Shown: positions 36,812-46,817, counted from the stretch's first letter. The stretch is 64,000 bases of DNA from an uncultured Alphaproteobacteria bacterium (GCA_963816305.1 CAWFJW010000038.1:7350-71349); one strand, 5' to 3'. A program made the numbers and translations. The notes: generated from the sequence alone by a model not told the origin.

Positions 36812-38674
36812 TCACATCAGCGCCTTGGTCATCACCCGCGACAGGCGCTGCGCAAAGCCCGCAGGATCAGCCACCGGTTCACCCTCAAGCACCTGCGCCT
36901 GATCCAGCAGCAGCTGCGCCGCGTCCGCTAGCGAGATTGAACGGCCGCCGGAATCGGCGATCTTGCTCAGGGCGATGATCAGGGGATGATCCGCATTGAT
37001 CTCCAGAACCGGCGGGCTCACCCTTACGCCTGAATCCTGCTGCCGCGACAGGAGCTTCTCCAAGGTGCGGTCCAAATCCCCATCGGCCACCAGGCACACG
37101 GCGCTGTCGGTCAGCCGCTTGGAATTGCGCACGTCTTTCACCTGCACGCCGAGCGCTTCCTTCATGGCCACGATGAGCTTGGCGGTCACTCCGTCCGCCT
37201 CGTCGTTTTTCTCCGGCGCGTCCTTCAGCGGAATGAGGTCGAGATCAGCGGCGCCCTGCGTCACCGATTTGAACGGCTTGCCATCAAAGCCCAGGGCGGT
37301 TCGAACCCAGAACGAGTTAACCGGATCCGTGAGCAGCAGCACCTCGATGTCCCGCGCCCGGTAGCCCTCAAGTTGCGGGCTGGCGGAGGCTTTCAGCGCA
37401 TCCTCCCCCGCGAGATAATAGATGGCCGTCTGGTTTTCCTTCAGGCCGACAATGTAGTCTTTCAGCAACGCAGCCGCTGATTTCGTTGTCCTGAATGTGG
37501 CGACCTCAAACAATTGGTCCCGGTGGGCCATGTCTTCATAAAGGCCCTCCTTGATCACTGGCCCGAAAACCTCCCAGATCTTGGCGAATTTTTCTGGGTC
37601 ATTCTTGGCGCATTTCTTGAGTTCGCTCAAAACCTTGTTCGTGACGGCCTTGCGAATAGCCGCCACCTGCGGATTGTTCTGCAGCATTTCACGCGACAGG
37701 TTGAGCGGCATGTCTTCAGAATCGATAATGCCCCGCACGAACCGCAAATAGGCCGGCAGCAAATGCGCGTCGTCAGCGATATAGACGCGCTTCACATAGA
37801 GTTTTTGCCGGCCCTTGCGCTCCGGGTCGTAGAGGTCAAACGGGCGTTCGGCGGGGATGTAGAGCAGAACCGTGTAGTCATGCCGCCCCTCGGCCCGGTA
37901 ATGAATGGTCAAGGCCGGCTCCGCATAGGCTCCCGAAATATGCCCGAAGAATTCCTTGTGCTGTTCTGGCGTCACGTCCGCCTTTGCCCGGGTCCAGATG
38001 GCATTGGCGGTGTTGATCTGGGTTGGGTCTTCCTTGCCGTCAGCCAGCATGATGGGGTGGCCGATATGGTCCGAATAGGCGCGAACCACCCGTTCAATTT
38101 TCCGGCCGTCAAGAAATTCCGCGGCGTCATCCTTGAGGTGGAGGGTGATCACGGTTCCCCGCGTCGCTTTTTTCGCGGGCTTGACCGTGAACGTGCCGGC
38201 CCCATCGGAGGTCCACATGAACGCCTCCTCGCTGCCGGCTTTCCGCGACACCACTTCGACCCGGTTGGCCACAATGAAGGCCGAGTAGAAGCCAACGCCA
38301 AATTGACCGATGAGATTCAGCCCCTGGCCGGCCTTCTCCACAAAAGCCTGGGTGCCTGATTTGGCGATGGTGCCAAGATTGTCGATCAGTTCGTCTTCGC
38401 TCATGCCGATGCCGCTGTCGGCGATAGCCAAGGTCTTGGCTTTCTTGTCCGGCGCGATGACGATGCTCAGCAGCGGCGTATCCGCCAGCAGCTTGGGTTT
38501 CTTGATGGCCTCATAGCGCAGCTTGTCCAGCGCGTCGGCCCCGTTGGAAATGAGCTCGCGCAGGAAAACATCCCGGTCAGAATAGACCGAATGCACCATG
38601 AGCTGCAGAAGCTTCGCAACTTCAGCCTGAAACTCATGTGGCCTGTCGATTTTCTTTCTCGCCGCCTTGCCCAT
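36812..38674 (-). CDS. htpG: Molecular chaperone HtpG (Hsp90)
   Basis: FQAEVAKLLQLMVHSVYS...FLRELISN, DSGIGM, LIGQFGVGFYSAF, DMPLNLSREMLQ. Confidence 0.96.
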   Translation of the reverse strand: MGKAARKKIDRPHEFQAEVAKLLQLMVHSVYSDRDVFLRELISNGADALDKLRYEAIKKPKLLADTPLLSIVIAPDKKAKTLAIADSGIGMSEDELIDNLGTIAKSGTQAFVEKAGQGLNLIGQFGVGFYSAFIVANRVEVVSRKAGSEEAFMWTSDGAGTFTVKPAKKATRGTVITLHLKDDAAEFLDGRKIERVVRAYSDHIGHPIMLADGKEDPTQINTANAIWTRAKADVTPEQHKEFFGHISGAYAEPALTIHYRAEGRHDYTVLLYIPAERPFDLYDPERKGRQKLYVKRVYIADDAHLLPAYLRFVRGIIDSEDMPLNLSREMLQNNPQVAAIRKAVTNKVLSELKKCAKNDPEKFAKIWEVFGPVIKEGLYEDMAHRDQLFEVATFRTTKSAAALLKDYIVGLKENQTAIYYLAGEDALKASASPQLEGYRARDIEVLLLTDPVNSFWVRTALGFDGKPFKSVTQGAADLDLIPLKDAPEKNDEADGVTAKLIVAMKEALGVQVKDVRNSKRLTDSAVCLVADGDLDRTLEKLLSRQQDSGVRVSPPVLEINADHPLIIALSKIADSGGRSISLADAAQLLLDQAQVLEGEPVADPAGFAQRLSRVMTKALM

Positions 38675-38699
38675 CGCCGCCCCAACAATAAGATGCCCC

Positions 38700-38730
38700 T
38701 TATACCGGGTGTCACAAGAGCGCGTTCAAG
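38700..38730 (-). promoter_or_regulatory. Possible RpoH (sigma32)-type promoter of htpG
   Basis: CTTGAA followed after 15 nt by CCCGGTATA on the minus strand. The -10 match is imperfect. Confidence 0.4.
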
Positions 38731-38736
38731 TCCAGC

Positions 38737-38767
38737 AAAAAAAAGCGACCGGTGATGAGCCAGTCGC
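38737..38767 (-). terminator. Intrinsic terminator with no upstream CDS on the same strand
   Basis: GCGACTGG-CTCATCA-CCGGTCGC followed by T8 on the minus strand. Confidence 0.8.
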
Positions 38768-38890
38768 AGAAATACACAATTCATACAAACAAACATTAAT
38801 TTGGGGGGCCCGGCCGAACAAGAAGCTCCGGGGGGCTGGGGGGCTGAGATAACCGACGCTCAACTCCAGCCGGGCCTTAGAGGCAACATC
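38737..38890 (-). ncRNA. Putative small RNA with C-rich motif, U-rich tract and terminator
   Basis: GGCCCGGC...GCCGGGCC stem enclosing CCCCCCAGCCCCCC, then a long U/A-rich tract, then the terminator. 5' end approximate. Confidence 0.6.
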
Positions 38891-39041
38891 GACAATATCA
38901 TCCGCCATGTTGGCGAAGGCTTGATGTAATTGCGGCAAAACTGCGAATTTTCGTCCTGCGGTCGCGGTCCATCAAACCTCTTGGAACGTTAGGCAGAATT
39001 GCGTGACGAAGGTAAGACGCTTGTGCAAAGGGAAGGTCACA

Positions 39042-39434
39042 ATGCAAAATATCTCCGCCATAACTGTCGTCGTTCCCGACTATGACGAGGCGATCAGGTT
39101 TTATGTGGAAAAACTGGGGTTTGATCTCAGGGAAGACACCCCGTTGTCCGAGTCCAAACGCTGGGTCGTCGTAATGCCGCCCGGCGCCCATGAGACCGGC
39201 CTGTTGCTGGCAAAAGCCGACGGAAGCGAACAGCTCCGGGCAATTGGCAATCAAACCGGGGGCCGGGTTTTCCTGTTTCTCGAAACCAGTGATTTTGATG
39301 GGGATTGCAAAAGATACCGGACTGCGGGCGTCGAGTTCCTGGAACAACCACGCTCAGAAGCCTATGGCAAAGTCGTGGTTTTCCGCGACCCTTTCGGCAA
39401 CAAATGGGACCTGATCGCACCGCTTGCCAAATAG
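39042..39434 (+). CDS. VOC/glyoxalase family protein
   Basis: VVPDYDEAIRFYVEKLGF.L.ED...KRWVVV, GNQTGGRVFLFL, YGKVVVFRDPFGNKWDL. Confidence 0.9.
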   Translation: MQNISAITVVVPDYDEAIRFYVEKLGFDLREDTPLSESKRWVVVMPPGAHETGLLLAKADGSEQLRAIGNQTGGRVFLFLETSDFDGDCKRYRTAGVEFLEQPRSEAYGKVVVFRDPFGNKWDLIAPLAK

Positions 39435-39482
39435 CCCGTCCGGGTTCATCATCGCCGGGTCGTCGTGAAGGAGAAGCGCCGG

Positions 39483-39863
39483 TTGAGTGACGGGGGACCC
39501 ATAATTCCATTTCCATATTCCGGGCGCCAGCCATCAGCCGGCGCCCAGTGGTTCAGCCCACCACAGCAAATATCGTTTGACCGCAAGGAACTGAATCTGA
39601 TCCTGAACCTCTACGGCATGCATGTGGCCGGCGGCGAATGGCGCGACTATGCCATGGATTTCGGCGCGGACATGGCGACCTTTTCCATCTTCCGGAGAGC
39701 AAGCGAGCAACCCCTCTACCGCATCGTGAAAAATCCGGCCCTTGCCCGCAAACAGGGCCTCTACGCCGTGATTGCCCAAGGGGGCCTCATCCTCAAGCGC
39801 GGCCATGACCTCGCCCAGGTTCTCAGGGTTCTGGTCAGCAAGCCGCGCCTCGCCATCTCATAA
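39483..39863 (+). CDS. DUF2794 domain protein
   Basis: FDRKELNLILNLYG..VAGGEWRDYAMD...FSIFRRASEQPLYRI.K.P.LARKQG...ILKRGHDLAQVL. Confidence 0.85.
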   Translation: MSDGGPIIPFPYSGRQPSAGAQWFSPPQQISFDRKELNLILNLYGMHVAGGEWRDYAMDFGADMATFSIFRRASEQPLYRIVKNPALARKQGLYAVIAQGGLILKRGHDLAQVLRVLVSKPRLAIS

Positions 39864-39890
39864 AAAAACCCCGGGTGTTTCCACCCGGGG
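39862..39890 (-). terminator. Intrinsic terminator for the Bax inhibitor-1 gene
   Basis: CCCCGGGTG-TTTC-CACCCGGGG stem preceded by A7 on the plus strand (T7 tail on the minus strand). Confidence 0.8.
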
Positions 39891-39914
39891 CCGCAATTCT
39901 GGGAGCTCCGAGGC

Positions 39915-40637
39915 TTACTCGTCGCGCATGATGCCCATGATGTTCAGGATGTGAACAAACAGGGTGACAAAGCTGCCATAAAGGGCAAAGGCGCCGAATA
40001 TGGATTTGCTCTTGGCGACGCCTGTCGAGTCACCGTCGGCGTACATTTCCTTGATCATCTGCGTTTCATAAGCCGTGATGCCTGAGAACAGCAGAACGGT
40101 GACAACCGATGTAATGAGGCTCATCATGGAACTTTGAACAAAGAACACATTGACCAGCATGGCGATGATGATGCCGATGGAAGCCATCATGAAGAACGTG
40201 CCAAGGCCCGAAAGGTCGCGCTTGGTCACATAGCCCGCCAGGCTTGTGCCGCCGAAGGTCAAAGCCGAGATCAGGAAAGCCCGGTAGACCATGCCCGAAT
40301 CAAGGCCGAGATAATGCCCAACCATGGGGGCGATCATCAGGCCCCAGAGCGCGCAATAACCCCAATAGGCGGCATGCGCCACTGTGGCGTTGCCCGAGAA
40401 AATCAGGCGCGGCGCAAAAAAGCCAAGGCCCAAAGTGGCGATGAACAAGACCCACTTAAGCGAGTAAACCGTGGCAAGCGCCGCGGGGCTTGCGGCGACC
40501 GCCATAACAATGATGGCGGTAAAAGCCACGCCAAGGGCCATATAGTTGTAAACACCCATCATATAGGACCGCAAACCCTGATCAAGCTGGGCCTGTGCGC
40601 CGGTTCTGACCTGGGTCTGGTATCTCGTGTCAGCCAT
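39915..40637 (-). CDS. Bax inhibitor-1/YccA family membrane protein
   Basis: DQGLRSYMMGVYNYMALG, GYVTKRDLSGLG, TAYETQMIK, GAFALYGSFV. SD GGAGG. Confidence 0.9.
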   Translation of the reverse strand: MADTRYQTQVRTGAQAQLDQGLRSYMMGVYNYMALGVAFTAIIVMAVAASPAALATVYSLKWVLFIATLGLGFFAPRLIFSGNATVAHAAYWGYCALWGLMIAPMVGHYLGLDSGMVYRAFLISALTFGGTSLAGYVTKRDLSGLGTFFMMASIGIIIAMLVNVFFVQSSMMSLITSVVTVLLFSGITAYETQMIKEMYADGDSTGVAKSKSIFGAFALYGSFVTLFVHILNIMGIMRDE

Positions 40638-40669
40638 AAAAACCTCCTCCAATTAAAACCTTGGCCCAG

Positions 40670-40698
40670 ATATGGGGTGGACCGAAGCCTTCGTCAAG
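40670..40698 (-). promoter_or_regulatory. RpoH (sigma32)-type promoter
   Basis: CTTGAC-N15-CCCCATAT on the minus strand, 33 bp upstream of the YccA-like start. Confidence 0.7.
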
Positions 40699-40701
40699 CT
40701 A

Positions 40702-40998
40702 TCATGTTTTGGCCAAAATATCCATTTTTCGGGCCAGCGCTACGTCCTTGGCGGTAACGCCTCCCGCCGAGTGGGTGGCAAGGGTCACCTCCACCCGGCC
40801 ATAGGTGTTTGCCCATTCCGGGTGATGATCCATCTTTTCAGCCAGCAGCGCCACCCGGCACATCCAGCCCCAAGCCTGGCTGAACGACTTGAACTGATAG
40901 GCCTTGGTTATGGCATCGCGGCCCGGCGCGTCGGCCCAGCCCTCCAGATCACTCAAAACCTTGGTTCGCTCAGGCCCAACCAAAAGCTGGTCGGTCAC
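40702..40998 (-). CDS. phhB: Pterin-4-alpha-carbinolamine dehydratase
   Basis: FKSFSQAWGWM.RVALLAEKMDHHPEW...TH..GGVT.KD..LA. Confidence 0.9.
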   Translation of the reverse strand: MTDQLLVGPERTKVLSDLEGWADAPGRDAITKAYQFKSFSQAWGWMCRVALLAEKMDHHPEWANTYGRVEVTLATHSAGGVTAKDVALARKMDILAKT

Positions 40999-41537
40999 GC
41001 CATCGCCTGCAGATTATAGGATTCTTCGACCGCATAGGGCCCGCCGCCCCGGGTTGGCCGCGACGAAAACAGCACAAATCGGCTCACCTCGAACACCCGG
41101 CTGCGATAAAGGCTGTGGGAGACCACAAACCGTTCGAGGCTCAGCGGATCGGGCTCGCGCAGCCGGGCCAGGGTGACGTGGGGCACGAATTTCCGCTGCT
41201 CCGCCGGAAGCCCCAAAACCTGGGCAATCCGCTCATGAATGGCCTGTAAACGCCGGAGTTCAGCGCTTTCCTCAACGGCGCTGTAAAGCGTATGGGGCTT
41301 GTTTCCCCCCATCACGTCAATGCCCTTGAGCCGCAGCGAAAAAGGCCTGGCCTCAATGCCATCAAGCTCATAGGCGATTTCCCGCGCCAGCCCCACTTCG
41401 ATATCGCCGATAAACCGCAGCGTGATATGGAAGGACTCGCGGTCAATCCAACGGGCGCCGAGAATGCCGCCTTTCATGAGGTCGAGTTCGAAGGAAACAT
41501 CGGCGGGAATTTCAACGCCGGTAAACAGTCTGGGCAT
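40995..41537 (-). CDS. thpR: RNA 2',3'-cyclic phosphodiesterase (2H family)
   Basis: MPRLFTG, HITLRFIGD and PHVTLAR (two HxT motifs). Confidence 0.92.
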   Translation of the reverse strand: MPRLFTGVEIPADVSFELDLMKGGILGARWIDRESFHITLRFIGDIEVGLAREIAYELDGIEARPFSLRLKGIDVMGGNKPHTLYSAVEESAELRRLQAIHERIAQVLGLPAEQRKFVPHVTLARLREPDPLSLERFVVSHSLYRSRVFEVSRFVLFSSRPTRGGGPYAVEESYNLQAMA

Positions 41538-41614
41538 GGCGGGCATCCTTGTTGGTGAAGGGTGTCTCGGAACGCTGAAACGTAAGCTAACGTGATTCTC
41601 TGGCTTGCCAAGCC

Positions 41615-42238
41615 CTATTTTAGCAACACCTTCTGAATTAATTCCTCCACTTTCGGCACGATTCTTGTGACGATTTCATCAACCCCCCGGGAATTTGGAT
41701 GAATTCCGTCGGCTTGGTTAAGATTTGGCAAAGCCGCTACCCCCTCCAAATAGAAAGGATAAAACAGGGCGTCATATTTCTTGGAAAGCGCTGGAAAGAG
41801 CCCGTCAAAGCGGGCCGTATAGTCCGGCCCCATGTTGGGCGGCGCCCGCATGCCCAGTAGGAGCACGGGCAATCCGCGCGCCTTGGCCTTGGCCATGATC
41901 CCGTCAAGAGCCGCCTCTGTTTGCCCAACTTCAAGCCCGCGCAACGCGTCATTGGCGCCAAGTTCCACCACAAGACCGTTCACATCCTCCGTGAGCGCCC
42001 AGTCCAATCGGGCCAAACCGCCTGCGGCAGTGTCGCCTGAAACGCCCCCATTGATAATGCTGAGATCGGGATATTTGGCCTTCAACACCGTTTCAAGCCT
42101 GGCGGGAAAAGCTTCAGATGGCGAAAGCCCAAGCCCCGCCGTCAAACTGTCCCCCAGGGCCAGGAGGATAATCGGTTTGGCGGTTGCCAGGGATGCCCAA
42201 ACCAGAAGAACCGCAAAAACAATGAATATTCTACGCAT
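41615..42238 (-). CDS. tesA: Arylesterase / GDSL thioesterase
   Basis: Signal peptide, LGDSLTAG, GVSGDT, ELGANDALRG, DGIHPN. Divergent from an ABC transporter pair. Confidence 0.9.
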   Translation of the reverse strand: MRRIFIVFAVLLVWASLATAKPIILLALGDSLTAGLGLSPSEAFPARLETVLKAKYPDLSIINGGVSGDTAAGGLARLDWALTEDVNGLVVELGANDALRGLEVGQTEAALDGIMAKAKARGLPVLLLGMRAPPNMGPDYTARFDGLFPALSKKYDALFYPFYLEGVAALPNLNQADGIHPNSRGVDEIVTRIVPKVEELIQKVLLK

Positions 42239-42320
42239 TCCACCAGAAATAGGATCAATACCGCCAATTCTCAAGATAAGTTCACTCGACAAATCACAAT
42301 GCCTCTCCCATTTACAGCCG

Positions 42321-43004
42321 ATGGTCGCCCATTCAGTTTCCCTCAAAGACATAACCCTCACGCTTCCCAGCCGGGCTGGCGCCGTGGAAATTCTGAAGGG
42401 TGTTGATCTCAGCGTCAAATCAGGCGAGGCTATCGGCATTGTTGGCCCATCCGGGTCCGGCAAGACATCGCTGCTGATGCTCATAGCCGGACTGGAGCGC
42501 GCCACATCAGGCGCCATCGAAGTTGCCGGCATTTCCCTTGCCGGCAAAAACGAAGATGCCCTGGCCCGTTTCCGCCGCGACAAGATCGGCATCATATTCC
42601 AGTCCTTCCATCTCATCCCCACCATGACGGCGCTTGAAAATGTCGCCATCCCTTTGGAGTTCAAGGGGGTTCCCAATGCCCTGGCGCTGGCCGGAGAAAA
42701 ATTGCGCAGCGTGGGCCTCGGTCGAAGATTGACCCATTATCCCGGCCAGCTTTCAGGCGGCGAACAGCAGCGGGTCGCCATCGCCCGGGCGCTCGCGGCG
42801 GGCGCCAGCATTTTGCTGGCCGATGAACCCACCGGAAATCTCGATCAGGAAACCGGCGGCCAGATCATCAGTCTGCTCTTTGAATTAAGACAGCGGCATG
42901 ATGCATCCCTGCTCCTCATCACCCATGACCGCGCCTTGGCGGAGCGCTGCGACCGCATTGCCGAGGTGCGCGATGGCCGCATCATTTCCGGCAATCATTC
43001 ATGA
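42321..43004 (+). CDS. ABC transporter ATP-binding protein (YbbA-like)
   Basis: [32 protein letters not shown]. Confidence 0.9.
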   Translation: MVAHSVSLKDITLTLPSRAGAVEILKGVDLSVKSGEAIGIVGPSGSGKTSLLMLIAGLERATSGAIEVAGISLAGKNEDALARFRRDKIGIIFQSFHLIPTMTALENVAIPLEFKGVPNALALAGEKLRSVGLGRRLTHYPGQLSGGEQQRVAIARALAAGASILLADEPTGNLDQETGGQIISLLFELRQRHDASLLLITHDRALAERCDRIAEVRDGRIISGNHS

Positions 43005-45511
43005 ATGTAGCCCTGTGGTTTCGTTTCGCATTCCGTGAATTGCGATCAGGCCTGAAGGGTTTCTGGATATTCCTCACCTGCCTCGCCCTCGGCACCGCAG
43101 CCATCGCCATTATAGGTTCCTTGTCCGCGTCCATCGAACGCGGACTTAATGAACAGGGCCAGCCCTTGCTGGGCGGCGACGTGGAATTCGCCCTTGTCCA
43201 CCGCGAAGCGACCGACACGGAGCTGGGCTTCATCAAAAGCCAGGGTGAAGTCAGCCGGGTGGCGACGCTCCGCGCCATGGCCATTGCCCCTGAAACCACA
43301 ACGCTGGTTGAAATCAAGGCGATTGACAGTCTCTATCCTCTCTATGGCCGTGTCGTTCTGGAAAACGCGAGGGACCTGAAGTCGGCCACGGCCCTTCTGG
43401 GTGTGGCTGTCGATCCGCTGCTGCTTGGCAGGCTTGGCGTGAAACTCGGCGACAGGATAAAAATTGGCGCGCGGGAGTTTGAAATTCAGGGCGTGATCAC
43501 CACCGAGCCTGATCGCATCTCCGATGGATTCATTCTGGGGCCCCGGGTTCTCATGAGCGCCGACGCGCTGCGGGCAACAGGCCTCATTCAGCCCGGCAGC
43601 CTGATCACCTATCGCTACCGCGTCAAACTTGCAGGCAATCAAGATCTGGGCGCCGCCAAAGACTTGGTGGAATTGGCGAGAACTGAACATCCCAACGCCG
43701 GCTGGCAGGTGCGCTCCCGGGACCGGGCCGCCCAGGGCGCTGAAAATTTTGTCGAGCGCCTTTCCTATTTCATGACGCTGGTGGGCTTGACCTCGCTTAT
43801 CGTCGGCGGCGCTGGCATCGCCAATGCGGTTGCGGCTTTCATTGACCGCCGTATTGGCGCCATTGCCACACTGAAATGCCTTGGCGCGCCGGCGCGCGAT
43901 GTTTTCGGGATATATCTGACTGAAATATTGCTCGTTGCCCTTCTCGGCATAGCGCTTGGCGTGAGCGCCGGCGCCATAACGCCCGTGCTCGCCCACGCCT
44001 ATCTGCAAAATGTCCTGCCCCTGCCGCTCACATCGCAAGTCGAGATCATCCCACTCGCAATGACGGCGGCCCTTGGCTTGCTGGTAACCCTGGCTTTTTC
44101 AATTTGGCCGCTGACGCGCACCCATCAGGTTCCGGCCTCGGCCCTGTTCCGGCACCGCGTTGTGCAATTCAACGCATGGCCCCGCTGGCCCTACCTCGCA
44201 GGCATTGCCGCGGCGCTCGCATGTATCGCCGCCTTGATCTTCCTGAGTTTCGAAAACCAGCGCGCCACCGCCTATTATCTGGGCGGGCTGGTCATCAGTT
44301 TTGGCGTCTTGCTGGGATTGGCTTTCGCCATCGTCAAGCTCGCCGAAAAATCGCCGAAACCCGGATCCGCCATTCTGCGCTACGCCATTTCAAATCTCTA
44401 CCGGCCCGGCTCGTCAGCAAAGTCCGCCATTCTGGCGCTGGGCCTGGGCCTCACGCTGTTTGTGACACTTGCCTTGACAGACCGAACCATCAGCCAGGAA
44501 CTGCGCGCCGGCATTCCCGAAAAGGCCCCGGCTTTTTTCTTTCTCGATGTCAGAAACAAAGAGCTTCCCGTCTTTTCCGCGGCGGTCAGAAAATTTGAAG
44601 GCGTGGAAAAAATCGACAGCGCACCGATGCTGCGCGGGCGCATTGTGAGGATTGGCGAGATCGCCGCAGACAAGGCAGCCACGCAGGGCGATGGAAGCTG
44701 GGCATTGCGCGGCGACCGGGGGCTGACCTATTCCGACACCCTGCCGCAAAATTCAACCCTCGTTGAGGGGCAATGGTGGGAGAAAGACTATGGTGGCCCG
44801 CCGCTGGTATCCTTCGTTGATGAGGTCGCCGCCGACATCGGCCTCAAGATTGGCGATTCCATAACGGTCAATGTGCTGGGCCGCGATGTGACGGCCAGGG
44901 TGGCGAACTTCCGCCAGGTGAACTGGCGCAGCATGGGCATCAACTTCGTCATGGTGTTTTCACCCAACACGCTGAAGGCCGCGCCCCACAGCCACATCGT
45001 GACCGTTGAGATGGAAGGCGGTGACGAGGCCAAATTGTTGAATGATGTCGCCCGCGCCTTCCCCTCGGTCACGGCGGTGCGGGTCAAGGACGCTCTCACC
45101 ACGATCAGCGATCTTCTCGGAAAAATGCTGGCCGCCATCCGGGGGGCCAATGCGCTGACGCTGCTCACTGGCGTTCTGGTTCTATCAGGCGCCTTGGCCG
45201 CAGGCCTCTCCAGCCGCACCTATGAGGCGGTCGTTCTCAAGACCTATGGCGCGTCACGGTTCCAGCTCATGGGAGCCTTCGTCATTGAATATGCGATCCT
45301 CGGGCTTGCCGCCGCTGTTTTTGGCGTGGGGGTAGGCTCCCTCGGCTCCTGGTTTCTGGCCGCATGGATTTTGGAAATGCAATGGAGCTTCTCGATTTGG
45401 GTGGCGGCGACGACGGCCCTGCTCGCCATGGTCATGACCATTGCCGCAGGCCTCATCGTAACCTGGCGGGCGCTTGCCGCGAAGCCTGCCCCCATTCTAA
45501 GAAACGAGTAG
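43001..45511 (+). CDS. ABC transporter permease, double FtsX-like (YbbP-like)
   Basis: RELRSGLKGF..F..CLALG, LLGGD, IATLKCLGA, WALRGDRGLTYS, INFVMVF. Confidence 0.9.
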   Translation: MNVALWFRFAFRELRSGLKGFWIFLTCLALGTAAIAIIGSLSASIERGLNEQGQPLLGGDVEFALVHREATDTELGFIKSQGEVSRVATLRAMAIAPETTTLVEIKAIDSLYPLYGRVVLENARDLKSATALLGVAVDPLLLGRLGVKLGDRIKIGAREFEIQGVITTEPDRISDGFILGPRVLMSADALRATGLIQPGSLITYRYRVKLAGNQDLGAAKDLVELARTEHPNAGWQVRSRDRAAQGAENFVERLSYFMTLVGLTSLIVGGAGIANAVAAFIDRRIGAIATLKCLGAPARDVFGIYLTEILLVALLGIALGVSAGAITPVLAHAYLQNVLPLPLTSQVEIIPLAMTAALGLLVTLAFSIWPLTRTHQVPASALFRHRVVQFNAWPRWPYLAGIAAALACIAALIFLSFENQRATAYYLGGLVISFGVLLGLAFAIVKLAEKSPKPGSAILRYAISNLYRPGSSAKSAILALGLGLTLFVTLALTDRTISQELRAGIPEKAPAFFFLDVRNKELPVFSAAVRKFEGVEKIDSAPMLRGRIVRIGEIAADKAATQGDGSWALRGDRGLTYSDTLPQNSTLVEGQWWEKDYGGPPLVSFVDEVAADIGLKIGDSITVNVLGRDVTARVANFRQVNWRSMGINFVMVFSPNTLKAAPHSHIVTVEMEGGDEAKLLNDVARAFPSVTAVRVKDALTTISDLLGKMLAAIRGANALTLLTGVLVLSGALAAGLSSRTYEAVVLKTYGASRFQLMGAFVIEYAILGLAAAVFGVGVGSLGSWFLAAWILEMQWSFSIWVAATTALLAMVMTIAAGLIVTWRALAAKPAPILRNE

Positions 45512-45543
45512 AAATTCGAGGGCTTTCAAGCTAGTGAAAAGCC

Positions 45544-46128
45544 ATGGTTGCGCTCAATCGCATTTATACCCGCACCGGCGACAAGGGTGAAACAGCCCTG
45601 GGCTCAGGCGTGCGCGTTTCCAAAGCCCATCTTCGTATTCACGCCTATGGCACCGTCGATGAAACCAACTCCATGATCGGCGTCGCCAGGCTTCATACCA
45701 GCGCTGGCCCCTTCATCAAACTGGACCTGATGCTGGCCCGCATCCAGAATGAATTGTTTGATTTGGGCGCCGATCTCTGCGTCCCCGATACGGGCAAAAA
45801 GCATGATTACGAACCCTTGCGCATCCTGCCCGGGCAATTTGAAAGGCTGGAACAGGAAATTGACGACCTCAACGCCGAACTGGCGCCGCTGCGTTCCTTT
45901 GTATTGCCCGCAGGCCATGCCGCCGCGGCCCATCTTCACGTTGCGCGCACCGTTTGCAGGCGGGCTGAACGCTTGATTGTCGAGCTGCAATCGCAAGAGA
46001 ATGAGCATGTCAGCGAAAGCGCCATTGCCTATATCAACCGGCTCTCGGATTTCCTCTTTGTCGCCAGCCGCTGGGTCAACGCGAAAACCACCGGCGATGT
46101 GCTGTGGGTTCCAGGGCAAACCCGCTAG
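45544..46128 (+). CDS. pduO: ATP:cob(I)alamin adenosyltransferase, PduO type
   Basis: IYTRTGDKGET, AYGTVDE.NS, QNELFDLGADL, RTVCRRAER, NRLSDFLFV. Confidence 0.92.
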   Translation: MVALNRIYTRTGDKGETALGSGVRVSKAHLRIHAYGTVDETNSMIGVARLHTSAGPFIKLDLMLARIQNELFDLGADLCVPDTGKKHDYEPLRILPGQFERLEQEIDDLNAELAPLRSFVLPAGHAAAAHLHVARTVCRRAERLIVELQSQENEHVSESAIAYINRLSDFLFVASRWVNAKTTGDVLWVPGQTR

Positions 46129-46817
46129 TGTTCATTCCCCTCCATGACAACACGCCCCTCAAAGTCATCCGCTTTCAATATGTGACACTTGCGATCATCG
46201 CGGGCAACATCATCATTTTTTTGATGACAGGCGCATTTCAATCCGACCAGTTCCTAGGCAGCATCGCGACGGCCTTTGGCGTTGTCCCTTCTGATCTCAC
46301 CCAGGGGCTTTTTCAAAACGCCGTCCACAATCCCATTCCAGAGCCTGCCACCCTCGTCAGCTACATGTTTCTCCACGCTGGCTGGCTGCATTTGATTTCC
46401 AACATGCTGTTTCTTTGGGTCTTCGCCGATAACGTGGAAGATGCCTTTGGCTACGTCCCATTCACTTTGTTTTATCTTCTCTGCGGAATTGCAGGCGCGC
46501 TCGCCCATGTGGCGATGGCGCCAAATTCGCCTTCTCCCCTGATTGGCGCCTCCGGCGCGGTTTCCGGCGTCATCGGATCCTACATGCTGCTCTATCCCAA
46601 GGCCCGGGTTTGGATATTGCTTTTCATGCGAATCCCGCTCCGCATATCTGCCGTCTGGGTTTTGGGTGGCTGGTTCCTGTTGCAGATTGTGAGCGTCTAC
46701 CTGGATTTTGGCGGCGGGGAGCAAGTGGCCTGGTGGGCCCATATTGGTGGCTTTGCCGCAGGCCTTGTTTTGACACTTGTTCTGCGCTCCAGGCTCTTGA
46801 TCAGCCCGCCTGCCTAG
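46128..46817 (+). CDS. Rhomboid family intramembrane serine protease
   Basis: MFLHAGWLHLISNMLFLWVFADNVED, GASGA, WAHIGGF. Confidence 0.92.
   Translation: MFIPLHDNTPLKVIRFQYVTLAIIAGNIIIFLMTGAFQSDQFLGSIATAFGVVPSDLTQGLFQNAVHNPIPEPATLVSYMFLHAGWLHLISNMLFLWVFADNVEDAFGYVPFTLFYLLCGIAGALAHVAMAPNSPSPLIGASGAVSGVIGSYMLLYPKARVWILLFMRIPLRISAVWVLGGWFLLQIVSVYLDFGGGEQVAWWAHIGGFAAGLVLTLVLRSRLLISPPA

Noticed and set aside
41832-42676. Overlapping long versions of tesA and the ABC ATPase
   Set aside because: Artefacts of ORF extension. True starts at 42238 (-) and 42321 (+) give the standard divergent tesA/ybbA layout.
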